A DNA stretch of 60,440 nt, counting the filler, from Dugesia japonica (Eukaryota), in NCBI GenBank assembly GCA_001938525.1. It is 5 parts of 5 records of this genome, joined end to end, with 100 filler letters (N's around TTAATTAATTAA, not from the genome) between each part and the next. Parts side by side here need not be neighbours in the genome. Positions count along the whole stretch, not along the records: positions 24,229 to 34,617 come from MQRL01648173.1; positions 34,718 to 46,551 come from MQRL01622864.1; 3 more parts are not named here. One strand, given 5' to 3'. The translations under genes and the position numbers were made by a program. Of this stretch, positions 28,021 through 41,614 are shown one piece after another. The notes beneath the pieces were generated by a model, which was not told the origin of the DNA, did no database searches, and saw nothing but the letters and a program-made list of their open reading frames with translations. Positions within the stretch are counted from its first letter, which is position 1. Every line of letters begins with the position of its first letter.

Positions 28021-29050
28021 TTAACTATGATGCTAATATCCGAGTAGGTTTTTGATATCCATGCCATTTTACATAATATTGTTTATTCTTTTTTGTTCCT
28101 TTCCATTTTATAATTTTTTTAATTCTATATATAGTATGAGGTGGAATGATTTTTAATTCTTGCTCATAAAACTTTCTTTGTACAATATTATTTTCATAAT
28201 CTTTAATTACATATATGACTGGATTTTGTTTAGTATTGATTTTCGTTATTTAAAACACTTCATCGCTCCAATTACTATTAAAGTTTTTAATGAATGGGGA
28301 TGCACTTCTTTTTGAGATTCTAACACAGTCACCGACTTTATATATTGGTTTCTTTGTTGTTTTACAGTGATCACACGATAACAATAATTTTAATTGATTG
28401 TTTGAACTTATATCAACCGGTCTTTCTCCATTTAAACCTTTATGACTTAAATGATTATAACTATTAACCAATTTTGACAACATATTTATCCAGTATTTAT
28501 TGCCAGTATGGCCAAAGTATTTTTTCAAAGCATCTCTTAATGTACGATTAAATCTCTCTACATGTGCAACTTTATACTGAGAGAATACAATATAATAGTT
28601 TATTTTTAGATGCGATAAATGATTTTTGACTTTAGAGTAGTAAAACTCATTACCCAAATCTGTTTGCAAATTATCTGGATGTCCATCTTTGAACATTGAC
28701 TTAATTGCAACTTCCATATCATTAGTGAATTACGATTTGACCGAATTGGCTCTTGGAAATCGACTGAATACATCAATACATGTCAAATTATACTTGTATC
28801 CTTTATTTACATTTGAATATGAGATCATCTCAATCAAATCCATTTGACATAAATCTTCAATACCAAACGTTTTATACGCTCTTGTTGGAAATCTTTTCAA
28901 CATTGGTTTGTTCAAAATGTACGCTAGTTGACCCAATAACCACTTTTTGGTCTTTGATTTTGTATTTTGGGCTGCTTCCGTCAATTTTTCTACACCACTA
29001 AAACCTGCGGGATTTTCTGCATCCGTCTATATCGTCTTTAGTTTGCCCAT
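28021..29050 (-). pseudogene. Polinton retroviral-like integrase with C-terminal chromodomain
   Basis: QMDLIEM...KGYKYNLTCIDVFSRF, LQTDLGNEF, VERFNRTL, NWSDEVF and YYVKWHGY; frameshifted. Confidence 0.93.
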
Positions 29051-29084
29051 TACAACAATTTGATAAAAATTTGAAATCAAAATT

Positions 29085-29680
29085 AGGTTATGATTGTAAA
29101 CCACCCATTGTTTATTTGAAATGAGTTAATCCCCTAGTGCAGCTAATGCAATCGGTAGTAATGCTATAATGGTGGCTATAAAGCCACCTCCTTGATTATC
29201 TCGTATTACTCGGCTCATCGATTTCTTATTTTTTGTATTTACAAGTGTTAATAGCTTTCTTTTATGTTTTTCATTAATTCCTTTCTAGCATTGCTCACAT
29301 TTACATTTCCGCGAACCATATTTATAATAATTTCAATTAAATCATTCATAACAAACCTTGGAAATGATTTCAAAATTTGCATTCTCGCTGATTTTGGAGA
29401 TTTAATTAATGATAAAAAAATGGAATACTTCGTTGTAATTTCATTTTATATTTTAATATAACTTACTCGTATTTCTTTATAATGATCTCCATTTTTCGTT
29501 TACGTTTGACATTTTCATACCATATAATTTCGATAGTTTCTTAAAGATGTTCAATTGTTTACGTTGTTTCCTTTTTCCATCCTTTTTCTTTTTTACAATA
29601 AGCTTTTTTGCTCGTTTACCTTGCTTCATTTTTGGAATACTTCAGATCTGATCAACTACAAATTTTTAAATTTAGCCNNN
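29085..29680 (-). pseudogene. Polinton small basic/core protein genes (remnants)
   Basis: QGGGFIATIIALLPIALAALG (GG-type cleavage site + hydrophobic helix); paralogous to 32207-32830. Confidence 0.7.
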
Positions 29681-29824
29681 NNNNNNNNNNNNNNNNNNNN
29701 NNNNNNNNNNNNNNNNNNNNNNNNNNNNNNNNNNNNNNNNNNNNNNNNNNNNNNNNNNNNNNNNNNNNNNNNNNNNNNNNNNNNNNNNNNNNNNNNNNNN
29801 NNNNNNNNNNNNNNNNNNNNNNAT

Positions 29825-30330
29825 TATTTAATAAGAAATTGTCTAATATTAGGATTAGCCTATTCTGCTAGAAAATCAAAAACTGTTTGATCTCTTGGAT
29901 TGTTAAATAGAACCAAATATTGTATATTTAAATTACGTGTCCTGTGACTTCTCGCTTGATAAAATAAATTTTGAGTAATGAATCACAAACATATTACAAT
30001 GTCTGCTTATTTTTGTAAATAAATTATTAAAGTCTTTTTCTTTATTAGCCTTCTGATACAAGTCATCAGTTATATATACATCTACTAGTTTAAATCTTTG
30101 GCTCCAATTAGAATCAAATCCTTTTATAATTTTCATTTTAATGTTGCAAAATTCTGATTGTATTAACCTATGCTCTTCATCTGCACTTCAAATGTTAATA
30201 TTTTTTTGTTAAATTTTGGTTTAAATAAACTTGATTTTATTAACTTTCATACAAATGAGATTTTTCCGCTACCACTAAGACCAATAATTTGGTAAACAGC
30301 ATCATTTTTCAACTTCACTTTATATAAATA
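29825..30330 (-). pseudogene. Polinton FtsK/A32-like packaging ATPase
   Basis: Walker A GLSGSGK, Walker B YITDD, LFTKISRH.N and LVLFNNPRD. Confidence 0.9.
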
Positions 30331-30439
30331 TATAATTTAATACATTGTTTATAATGCTACTGTTCTTTGTTTAAAAATTTACATTAATTTTGTGTGAGTA
30401 ATACAAGTTTAGTAATAAGATTCACAATTTTCTTATTAA

Positions 30440-31775
30440 TAAAAGGTTACTCAGTAAAATATATAGTTATAAAGTTACTCAATAATATATATAGTTATTA
30501 AGTTAAAAAAATTAAATATTTTCAAAATTACAAAAATAAAATGGCGTAGATCAAAAAGTTTTAAAAAAATGTTTCTTTTTAAAATTTTTATTAAAATAAC
30601 AAAAACTTTTTCAAAAAACGCTTTTTTCCAAATTTTTGAATTTATCTTCTTCAAGAATTGTGTTACTTAAATAATATTTAAGTTACTTAACAATATTTAT
30701 AGTTATTAAGTAACTCAATAAAATATATAGTTATGAAGTTACTCAATAATATATATAGTTAATAAGTTACTAAATAATATTTATAGTTATTAATGAAAAT
30801 TTCAGCAGGAATTACATTTTGAAAAAAAACATTTTTGTAATTGTATTTAGATATTATTTATAATTTTAAAATAATGATGTTTAATATTTCTTTTTTACTA
30901 ACTAAAAAAATAAATGTTGAGTTACTTTGTTAATCAAAACATTTTATTTTACTGAGTAACTCAAGATAACAAAACTTTTTGAGTTATTGATTACTTACCA
31001 ATATAACGATTTAACAAAAATTTGAATTTGGCATCTAATCCTTTCAATCTCATGATTAAAAATATCAAATTAGTAATAGACCGAATACTGTTTTATTTTT
31101 ATTATTATATATTAATAATGTTATTTCCTCATGTAGTATATTAGTCATTAAAAAAAATATAAACAAAAAATTTCGCGAATTTCAATAAGCACATCAATAT
31201 ACTGACCAGCATATATTTCCCACCTAGTGAGTCAAATACCATTGATATGGTTACATAAAATCTTTTTCACTGTATAAGACGATACATAATATTAAAAAAA
31301 AAGAATTTCAATAAAAAATAAAATTTTAAATCAATAAATTAAAATAAAATAAAGATTAACAAAAAATGAGATTTTAAAAAAATAAATTAAGACCACAAAA
31401 ATTAATACAATAAAACTAAAAATATTTAACCTGTCTAGGACATTTTAATATTAAGTCTGTCTGGAGAATTTTAAAATTAATTTTGTCTGGATGATAATTG
31501 ACATTGACCTACAAATAGTTGTCATCGAAATGACCTTGACCTACATTGATGTACCCTTGACCTACTTTCATTCGACCTTGAAATATTTCCACAATCAGAA
31601 TCGAGTATACTAAATCACTTTGACCTTAAAAATTCGACCTTGAATTATTTCAGCCAATCAGAATGAAATATCTTAGATCACGGACCAATCAGAATCGAAT
31701 ATACTAGATTACTGACCTTGAAAAAATTTGACCTTGACTGGGGGGTCTAATCCAGTGCGCCATTATCTACCTACT
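30440..31775. mobile_element. Second Polinton terminal region
   Basis: 29-bp TTACTCAATAATATATATAGTTATTAAG repeats; GACCTTGA and CCAATCAGAAT repeats; ends GTGCGCCATTATCTACCTACT at 31775. Confidence 0.65.
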
Positions 31776-32190
31776 ATTTGGAGCAAGAGATTGACTAAAG
31801 GTGATGTGATTGTTGTTGATGATTTATACCAGGAAGAAAACAAGGAAAAGGACTTTAACAATTTATTCACCAAGATATCAAGACATTGTAATGTGACTGT
31901 AATATTTATTTATCTATTCCATCAAGGAGTTGAACATAGAACTCGTAATTTAAATGTACAATACTTGGTTCTATTTAAAAATCAAAGAGATTAAACAGTT
32001 GTTGATTTTTTTGCAAGACAAGCATATCCAAACAATAGACAATTTCTTTTGAATTCATTCAAAAATGCAACCGTAAATCTACATGAATATCTTTTTATAG
32101 ACTACACAACAATGTCCAGATGAACTAAGAGTGAGAACTGATAATTTCAATCCAAACGGTGTTACCGTATATAAGCAATTAACGTAATTT
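31776..32190 (+). pseudogene. Packaging ATPase C-terminal half (second Polinton copy)
   Basis: IVVDDLYQE..KEKDFNNLFTKISRHCN, RTRNLNVQYLVLFKNQRD. Confidence 0.9.
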
Positions 32191-32206
32191 CTTATTTTAT
32201 TTACAA

Positions 32207-32830
32207 ATGACGAAATTTACTAAAGTTATACTTGATCAACTCAAGAATAAAATAATTAAACAAGATAACAAACCAAAAAATATCAAAACAATAAAGAAGA
32301 CAACAAAGAAGTAGACGAAGATTGTTATTAAAAAAAAGTCAGTATAGAAGAAACAATCAAAGAAGCAGTTGAATAAGTTTAAAGAATTAGCAAAAAGCTT
32401 TGGAAAGAAACTATCAGATGTAAATAGAAAGTGGATAAAGTTATAAACAAGTACCTTAGTGTGATATTTAACGAAAATTATAAAATTTCAACAAAGTCTT
32501 CCATATTTTATTATATTACTCAAAGCTCCAAAAGAGTCTAGAGAAAAAATGCTACAATCATTTCCATCATTTTTTGTTAAAGATTTACTAGAGATTATTG
32601 TAAACATAGTTTGAGGTAATGTTATAAACAAAGTTAGAAAACAAGAATTGAAAAAAACACAAAAGATCATTGCTTACACTTGTACATACCAAATATAAGA
32701 AATTAATGAAGAAAATATTATACAAACATGTCAGCTTTATCGCTGCATTACTACCTATTGCATTGGCTGCATTAGGCCTAACAAATTTTGCATAAACAAT
32801 ATATATCAAATTTGATATAAACAATGTTGT
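32207..32830 (+). pseudogene. Polinton small basic/core protein genes (second copy)
   Basis: Same gene order as the minus-strand copy; FIAALLPIALAALG. Confidence 0.7.
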
Positions 32831-34617
32831 TTCATCTAAATTAACCACTTACCAGCTAGATTTTGGTAAGTCTGTCTAAAAATTGTTAGATTTTTTTAAA
32901 ACATTTTTTAAACATTTTATTATAAATTTTAGTTTTAGGTTATTTTACACTCTTTTACATTAAATTAACATTTTTTACAATGTTTACAATATTTAATATT
33001 TTATGAAAAAATGTCAAATATTAAAAAATCCTTGCACCAGTTACTCTCGGGCAAAACTGTCAAGTGGATAAAGATTAACTAAGTAAAGAGATAAATTTAA
33101 TTAATATATATTACAAATCTTTTGATCACTTTTTATGATTAAAATTAATTTTTCAAAATTTGAATAAACAAACAATATAAACAATATATTCAGTTTAGTA
33201 CTGAAAATTAAAAAATCAAATTTCAACAGAAAATTTTAAAATAACGAAAGTCGTTTCTTTTAATTCGCCTGGTAGTAATTAAATTACAATGAAATTTAAA
33301 ATTTTCTTCAAAATTCCACACAAGTTGAAAATAAATAGTATGTTCTGTTCAATGACATTTAAATAATACAAATGAAGACGTCGTAAATGCTAAGAATTAA
33401 TGCATATAAAAAGATAAATTTTTGTATTTATATTAACCCATTATCCGCCACAATTCAAAAATACAAATAACATCAAATTAACACTGCATTTAGAAGTAAA
33501 GAACACTTACCCAGAATATATCTGAAATAATATTTCTCGGTGGATATGTAAAATAAAGTCCAAAAAACAAGTTTTAATCAAAGGTTCTTTATTTAGAATT
33601 ATTGTAAAAATTCTGCGATATCAGAAATAAACACGTTCAAAAAACCGACTGAGTTTATTAGCTTCCGCCTGAAGTTTGTCAGGATATGATCTCATTATTT
33701 TAACCACTGTATTTTATTTAGAAGTTGCAGTTATTAATAGAAAAAAATTTTAAAATATGTCTCAATAGTTGGTTAAGGGGCCCAAACTTTGTTCAAATTT
33801 TGCATTGATATATCGTCCAAATATTTTGATTCATATCCTAAAATTCCTGTAGAAACGAAAACTTTTAGAGAAATCGACAATTTTCTAATTTTCACAGATT
33901 TTCGTAACGGTTTAACGATCATAAATGAGGAAAATTTAATCGTATATCAATTTAATATAATATACAAATATTTTAGCTTAATATGCAATTGGAAAAAAAT
34001 TTCAGCATAAATTCAAAAAAAATTAATATTTTTTTTCAAAATGATATTCAAATGAAATTTTGAAGATTTTGACCCCGCCTCTCCTAAGGCCTGGTTATGA
34101 TTTAATTAACCAGCGACCTATTGTTGGATCCTTGCCAATTATCCCACTACCACATACTAATTATTATACCACCAATTATTTTAGAAGACGAAATGACCGA
34201 GAAGCTGCAGCCATAAAACATCCAGATTCAAGATGGAAAGATAACACAATGTATTCTATGAAACACAGCTAAACAAATATACAATACATGTAGAAGTTTC
34301 TCAGCATTTTAAGATAAATTTATTCAATCTTTTCAATGTTTATGTTGTGATGGAGAAGAATATCTAAGAAAGCACTGTCCACTGAAAAACAAATGTTGGA
34401 TTTGCGGTAAACCTGATCATCTTTTTTGGTCATACTCATTGCTATTGACAACATCGTAACCCTCAAGGTGTTTAGTGATGTGTATTTATGAAGAATCAGA
34501 TGATTCGAACCAAATAAATTGTTCACAATATGAATTTGAAGAAGTCAAAAACCAGACGGATCCCACTGCATACATTTTGCCTGGGGTTTAGTCAATAAAA
34601 ATTTTAAAAATCGGAAT

Positions 34618-34717
34618 NNNNNNNNNNNNNNNNNNNNNNNNNNNNNNNNNNNNNNNNNNNNTTAATTAATTAANNNNNNNNNNNNNNNNNNNNNNNNNNN
34701 NNNNNNNNNNNNNNNNN
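34618..34717. other. Artificial contig-joining linker
   Basis: 44 N + TTAATTAATTAA (34662-34673) + 44 N. Confidence 0.97.
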
Positions 34718-37402
34718 TCGTATTATTCGTATCTCTTCATTGTCTCTTTGCCATTTTGATGTCTCCTTTATTGTATTCCATCATCTTGTTTTTAACTTGC
34801 CCCCTATAGGATCTTCGTGTGACATCGTGCATTGTACACATGTGCTACATGCCTGCCTTGAGAGAAAATCCGTATTCCCATGTTTGTCGCCTTTCCGATA
34901 CTGTAAATCAATGTCTAATCCACTTAGGTAATTGATCCAATTTTGAAACTGTGCCGTTATAGGTTTTTTCGTAGTTAACATAAACGTAATCGCTTTATGG
35001 TCTGTTCGTAGAGTGAATCTTCGCCCATATAAGAAGTGACTGAAATAGTTACAAAAATAGAATATCGCCAACAGCTTCTTTCTTGTTATACAATACCNNN
35101 NNNNNNNNNNNNNNNNNNNNNNNNNNNNNNNNNNNNNNNNNNNNNNNTTCATTGCATGTGATCCATACGCTATTACTTTTTCTTGTCCATTGTTGTTAAT
35201 TTGTGATAATACGGCACCAATCGTATTGTAGCTTGCATCTGAATCCAGTATGAATTCTCTTCTTACATCCGGAAACACTAAAATTGGTGGCTTCGTTAAC
35301 GCTTCTTTCATATCTCTGAATGATTGTTCGCAGCTCTCTGTCCATATTAACTTATTATTATTTACACTGCACAGTTTTTCTAGTTCTCTAGCTTTCNNNN
35401 NNNNNNNNNNNNNNNNNNNNNNNNNNNNNNNNNNNNNNNNNNNNNNNNNNNNNNNNNNNNNNNNNNNNNNNNNNNNCAAACGGAATTCTATTGAAGCAGT
35501 ATTGACCTGACTTTGTTGAAAAGGCAGTTCTATCTTTTGACTCTTCTTCTAGCTCTCTTCTAGCATTACCTAAATCTAATGAGCTGAAGAATTTGGACCC
35601 ACCTAATCTATCCAGAATCTTTTCTACATTTGGCATTGGAAATGCTTGTCTTTCCGTAATAGTGCTCAGCTGTCGAAAATCGAGACAGAGAAGAATGTCC
35701 TTCTTTTCTTTTTTCCAGAAACATATCAACGGGGTGTTCCATGTTGAATTGCACTTTCGTATAATTCCATTTTCAAAAAGATTACGTACTCCTTCGTTTA
35801 TCTTATCTTCTAGGTTCATAGGTGTTCTCCATGGCTTAACATTTATAGGTCATCCTTTTGTTACTATTTTATGCTTCACCAGTTTTGTGCATCCTATGTC
35901 CCATTTATCTGCCATAAAGATATTAGAATGTTTTCTTATCAACTCCTTGATCGTGCCATTTTTCAATGCATTCATCTCACTCAAAGCTTTTTGAAATCTT
36001 TTTTTTATCTGTAATAATCCTTCCAAAATGCGGCTCGATATTGCAAATCCGACCCTGATTATCTTTTCTGCTGTATCTATCCAATGTAGTTCTAATCCAA
36101 AACTATTCTGCAACTCAATGCCATTAATTATGCTAGGGATTACCTTTTCCAAAACTACGAAATTAATCCATTTAGTCATATTGCCGATCCTGACTTCCAC
36201 CTCAAATCTCCCTTTGGCAATTAATGAACTGTCATTAGCGTACCGTAGTCTGTCCTTGGTTGTTCGTAACGGGATCTCCTTGAATTTGTTAAACACATCN
36301 NNNNCCATCACATTAATTCTTGCTCCAGTATCCAGTAGGCATTCAAACTCCATGTTTTGGATCTTTATCGCAATACTTGGTCTACCCTGCATTATATCGT
36401 ATCTAAGCACACCTTTCCCCATTCTTCCAATATTGCGATTATTAGTTCCACTGATGTTTCTCCCTTGATTACTGATATCTCTTTCTTTAAAAAATTGTAA
36501 ACGCGTTCCTTGACCTCATCCTCTATATTATTGATATGACTACTTTTACTATAACTATCGATATTTTGGGGATCACCCATTAGATTTTGAGTTCTAGAGA
36601 TCCTACCATCTCCCATGTCGGTGGAGCCTCTCCGTTTGGGTTTCTCCTTGATTCATATACGTTTTCATCATATCTGTTCCCTATCTGTTCCATATCTAAC
36701 GTTTTCATATCTGTCGTCCTCATATTCATTGTTACTTGTTTTATCATTTTCCACAGCATTGATGTTAACATGCCTACCTGGAAATTGGGGCTTTTTTACC
36801 TCATATATCTTATATTCCAAAGGATACTCGTTCCATCTCTTGTACTCAATTTTTGTGAAACAGTCTTTGGTTTTATGACCGTTCTTGTTGCATTTTCTGC
36901 AGTTTTTCTTATTGCACTGTCTTCTTATATGCCCTACATTTACATATGCGTAGCATGTAGGGGGCTTTCTGTCTGGGCACTCCCGACTTATATGTCCTAA
37001 TTTGTGACAGTTCCAAAATTCTACTTTCTCTGTTCTGAACTCCCTTCTGGTATTTGGCCCTTTATCGGTATCACCCTGCCTGTAACGAATGAATTCTTCT
37101 AGGTCTTCAAAAACGTCTTTTGGTCTTTCCACCAGTGTTCGTAGCCTAGCTTCATACCCCTTGACTTTGTTCTCTGATGCTTCATATCTTTCTTCAAGAT
37201 TCGGGTCCATCATCTTAATGATTACAATTTCTTGTAAATCTTTTGGAATTTTGGCCGCTTTGAAGAATCGACCGACGTCCCTCAAGAATCTGTCAAGATT
37301 GTCACCTAACTTGAAAGGTCTCGGGCGTAACAAATCTGTTACTAAGTTTGAGCCTGATGTGGTTGCCATATTAGCAAGAAAAACACTATCTTCATCCAAC
37401 AT
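34718..37402 (-). mobile_element. Decayed Ty3/Gypsy gag-pro-RT-RNaseH
   Basis: Gag with three CCHC-like knuckles; LLDTGARINV; LCLDFRQL, FSSLDLG; FILDSDAS; LRTDHKAI. Confidence 0.95.
36595..36640 (-). promoter_or_regulatory. -1 ribosomal frameshift signal (gag to pol)
   Basis: C CCA AAC heptamer in gag phase (36640-36634); the -1 frame runs into the pol-homologous ORF 36392-36616; GC-rich segment follows. Confidence 0.7.
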
Positions 37403-37479
37403 TTATTTATGACAAATTTCTATAAATTGAAAAACTGAATTAGAATAGTTTTAATATTCAAACAAATATACGCAATAAT

Positions 37480-39560
37480 TATTTTAATTTGGAAGGCAGA
37501 TACAGACGGGTGAACGATTGAAGACATTGAAGGGAGATTCTAGATATAAAAAAAGATCATAAACTGACTGTGATTATTCAGATTAATGAGAATGTTTTTA
37601 TGGCGAATAAATCGGACATCGGATGTACACACTTAACGAAGCATCGAATAATCACTAAAGGAGGTCCAATCAACATAAAACAGTATCGCCAACCAATGAA
37701 ACTAAATAAGAATATTAAAGAGGCCATAAATAATCTTTATAATAATGGTATCATTCGGAAGTGTAATTCGCAATGGAATAAGCCATTAATCTNNNNTTGG
37801 AAAAAGGAAAAAAAGGATATACGATTATTTTTAGAAATTAGACAGTTTAATGCAATAACAGAAAGATAAGCGCTTCCTATGCCAAATGTGGACGAAACGC
37901 TAGATGCTTTTAAAGGTACTTAATATTTTAGCTCAATAAAATGGGGAAATGCATACTACCAAGTAGAACTCAGTGAAGATTATCAAGAAAAGACGGCATT
38001 TTCGACCAAACAAGGGCAATTTGGTTTCAAAAGAATACCTTTTGGAAATGCAGCAGCACCAGATAATAATAATCAATAATAAATAGAGTATTAACAGAAA
38101 TTAAGATGGCTGGTCTAAGAGTTAATCCGGAAAAATGTCAATTCATGCGAAATGAGATCAAATTTTTGCGACACGTTATCANTAAAGAAGGTGTCAAAAC
38201 TGATCCAACTAAAATANACGCAATTAAGAACTTTGNTAAACCAAACTGCGTTAAGAAAATGAGAAGCTTTTTGAGAATTTGCAATTACTATCGCAGGTTT
38301 ATTAAAGATTATTCAAAAAAAGCTGGAACATCTGTGTAGTGGGCCAAGTAACAAGAAAATTGAATGGGCGAAGGAATTGGAAGATTTTAATGGAATAAAA
38401 GAAGCACTTATGATGTCTCCAATATTATGTTTTCCAGATATAAATAAAGGATGTATTTTGGACACGGATGCAAGTTTCGATACGATTGGGGCAGTACTAT
38501 CTCGAAAAGACAACAATGGGCAAGAAAGAGTAATTGCATATGGGTCACACGCAATGACGAGTCATGAGAAAGGATATTGTATTACGGAGAAAGAATTGCT
38601 CGCAATTTACTAGTTTTGTATTCATTTCCAACATTACTTGTATGGGAAGAGATTTATTCTCAGAACAGATCATAAAGCCATCACTTTTATATTAAATACC
38701 AAGAAGCCGATCACATCACAGTTTCAAACCTGGATTAATTATTTGAGCAGTTTAGATATAAAATTGGAATATAGAAAAGGATCGCTTCATACAAATGCGG
38801 ATATGTTATCAAAGAATGAATGTAAAACATGTACACAATGTCTAATGTCACACGAGGATCCCAAAAGTAGAAAATTAAAAACAAGGATGTTAAGTACAGT
38901 AGATATTCAAGAAAAACAAGGCAATTTTGGTGAGAATGATGAAGGAACATAGATACCTGGTGATAAAGTAGAAGAGGTTATAATGAAGATACACCATCTT
39001 TTGTTTCCTTCTGGAGCAGAAAAGGTAGCAGCGTATATGAAGCATAAATATAACGTGGAACATTTGTGGAGCAAAGTACAAGAGGTAATCCTACGTTGTA
39101 TAACATGCCAAAAAGCTAAAGTGTTGACAACAAAAACGATGGAAGAAACGAATAAAACGCAGCCAGCTGAAATGTTTGAACTGTTATTTATAGATGTGTG
39201 TGAACCACTGATGGAGACAAGAGGTCGGAAAAAATATGTTCTCCGTATAATAGACCAATGCAGTAAGCATGTAGCCTTAATAGCAATGAGAAGACAACAT
39301 GAAGTTACCACACGAAAAGCAATATTGGAGAAGTGGATATTAAAGTTCGGGTGTCCAAGAGAAATTCGAATTGATTGTGGAAGAGAATTTGAATCAAAAT
39401 CAATGAAAGATTTTGCAGCTGAACATGAATTTATCCTCAGGTTTTCGAGTCCATATTATCATAATACAAATGGCAAATCGAGAGGCAGTTTAGAACTATG
39501 ATGATATGATTAATGCAATGCTTAAAGAAAGGAAAACTTCAGGTGTATTATCAGTAATAG
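37480..39560 (+). mobile_element. Decayed Gypsy RT-RNaseH-integrase of the same family, back-to-back with the previous copy
   Basis: Paralogous peptides throughout; ILDTDAS, FIDVC and IRIDCGREF; the RT YxDD core is deleted at ~38063. Confidence 0.95.
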
Positions 39561-39740
39561 AATTTACCTTATCTACCTTCTTACCTTCTTCTGTCATCTT
39601 CTCTGGTTCGCATGTTAGGAGTGGGGAACAGGAGCAGATAGGCCATAGGCCGAAGAAATGTGCTATTAATTAAATTAATTTTTTAAAATCTCATTTAAGA
39701 TTGTGATAACAAATTTTGATAAATTTATTTGACATAAATC

Positions 39741-40173
39741 ATGATCGAATATAACCAAGCACATATTCCGTTGGTCCTTACCAACGATGGGGATGAAGGA
39801 ACATTCTGGGTTCCTTGGAGGAACACTGTCGAGTTACTAACGGAACAGCGGAGGAAATACGAAAAAGAGAAAACTGATTTGCTTGGTAAAGGAGGACAGT
39901 TGGTGGAGAAATTCCGACAAACGAAGCGACAATTGCTTGATACCCAGACGGCACTGCAACTCAGCCGACAAGAGACGGTACAACTTAAGCTGGGACTGAA
40001 ATCAATCAAGGAGCATGTTAACCAATTAATCCAGCAACCGATGAGAGCAGAGGAATTCTAGAACAGCTCGAGGATCAGGTCCTGTTGCTGACACCCGAGG
40101 GTGCTGCCGGATCGGAACATTGTCCAGATCCAATTATTGTAAAAGTTGAGTTGTTGACGGGAGATAATGAATA
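39741..40173 (+). pseudogene. Cassette E: coiled-coil small protein; one frameshift near 40050
   Basis: 106-aa ORF continues in another frame as ILEQLEDQVLLL...TGDNE*, with AATAAA overlapping the stop. Confidence 0.55.
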
Positions 40174-40485
40174 AATGCTTGTATATAGTGGGATTGTGTT
40201 TAGTTATTTTGTTAATGAAAAATTAAGTTCTGGTGATATATATGTCACGTTATGATTATTAATTTGGATATCTGCAGAGGCAGTGATAAGTTTAAAGGCA
40301 TTGAATCCATTCTAAATTTTTTTTAGTGTAAACCGCAAACACAGAGTAAATATTTCATACTCATATAATTTTCTATCAACGATAAATGAGTTTGGGTTCT
40401 TTTACTTGATTATAATTACATCGCAATTAGACTTATTATAATCGAATTATGATTAAAGATATTATTAATTTTTGTTGTTTGTTAG

Positions 40486-40808
40486 TGAACAAATCCACTG
40501 ACGAGAAAATGCTCAAACGAGATGCAGCCGCCGCACAGCAAAGGTGGAAGGAAGAGCGCAAAGAATTAAAAAACGAAATTCTGCGGTTGAAGGGACAGGT
40601 AATGAAATCTACAGCAAAATATAACCAGATAAAAGAAAAGGAGCTGTCCCTTCAGCACGCAAACCGATTAATGGCGGACATAATCAAAACGTAAGCCGAC
40701 AGAAAAAGCTCAATGCTTGTATCTCTACGAACTCTTTGGTTGAACTACCGAGCCCCAGAGTCACTGAATGATATTACGGATCAGACAGTCAATTTGGATG
40801 CCGAATAA
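40486..40808 (+). pseudogene. Cassette D1, a distant homolog of B
   Basis: TTGTTTGTTAG|TG acceptor; one internal stop (Tyr in D2); AATAAA at the stop. Confidence 0.7.
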
Positions 40809-41291
40809 ATGAAATATACATGTAAAAATAAATGTTAATGAGGGCTGATTGGAGTAATTTTTGTACTGTAGTATTAATTGTTGAGTTGCAAGTACTATAT
40901 TTATTTTTTACTGAGCATGTTAGATCATTGCTATCTGGGTTCACCGATTTAATGAGTAAGACGCGATACCGCAAAGTCGCGCTGAACCCGTNGAAAGAAA
41001 GGGGNATGTCACAGAGGTGACATAAATACTTGTNGTTTTTAGGTATGCCCCTAGACATGTAAGCGAAATAGTGACTATTAAAAGCGAGATCAGTGAATCT
41101 GAAGAGAAAATTTTAAAACATCAAATCCTAAAAACCCAACATGAGTATTATTTACGGCTTTGTTTTAGTACGAGTGTCACTGAGAAACGAATTTTTTTAT
41201 GTTGGACATCTTACTATTCTTATTTTTCTTAATAATTTCTTATAACATGTTTAAAGAAACTTATTATCATTGAATGATATTTAAATTATAG

Positions 41292-41614
41292 TGAACAAAT
41301 CCAACGACGAGAAAATATTCAAACGAGAATCAGCCGCCAACCAGCAAAGATGAAAGGAAGAGCGTAAAGAATTAAAAAACAGAATTTTGAGGTTGAAGGG
41401 ACAAGTGCTGAAGACTACCGCGAAGTACAACCAGATTTAAGAAAAGGAGCTGTCCGTTCAGCATGCGAATCGGCTAATGGCAGATATTATCAAAACCTAT
41501 GCCGATCGGGAAGGATCCATGTTCGTTACGCTACGAANNNNNNNNNNNNNNNNNNNNNNNNNNNNNNNNNNNNNNNATATTACGGATCAGACAGTAGATT
41601 TGGACGCCGATTAA
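41292..41614 (+). pseudogene. Cassette D2, a tandem paralog of D1
   Basis: AAATTATAG|TG acceptor; many synonymous differences from D1; two internal stops; AATAAA at 41635. Confidence 0.7.
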
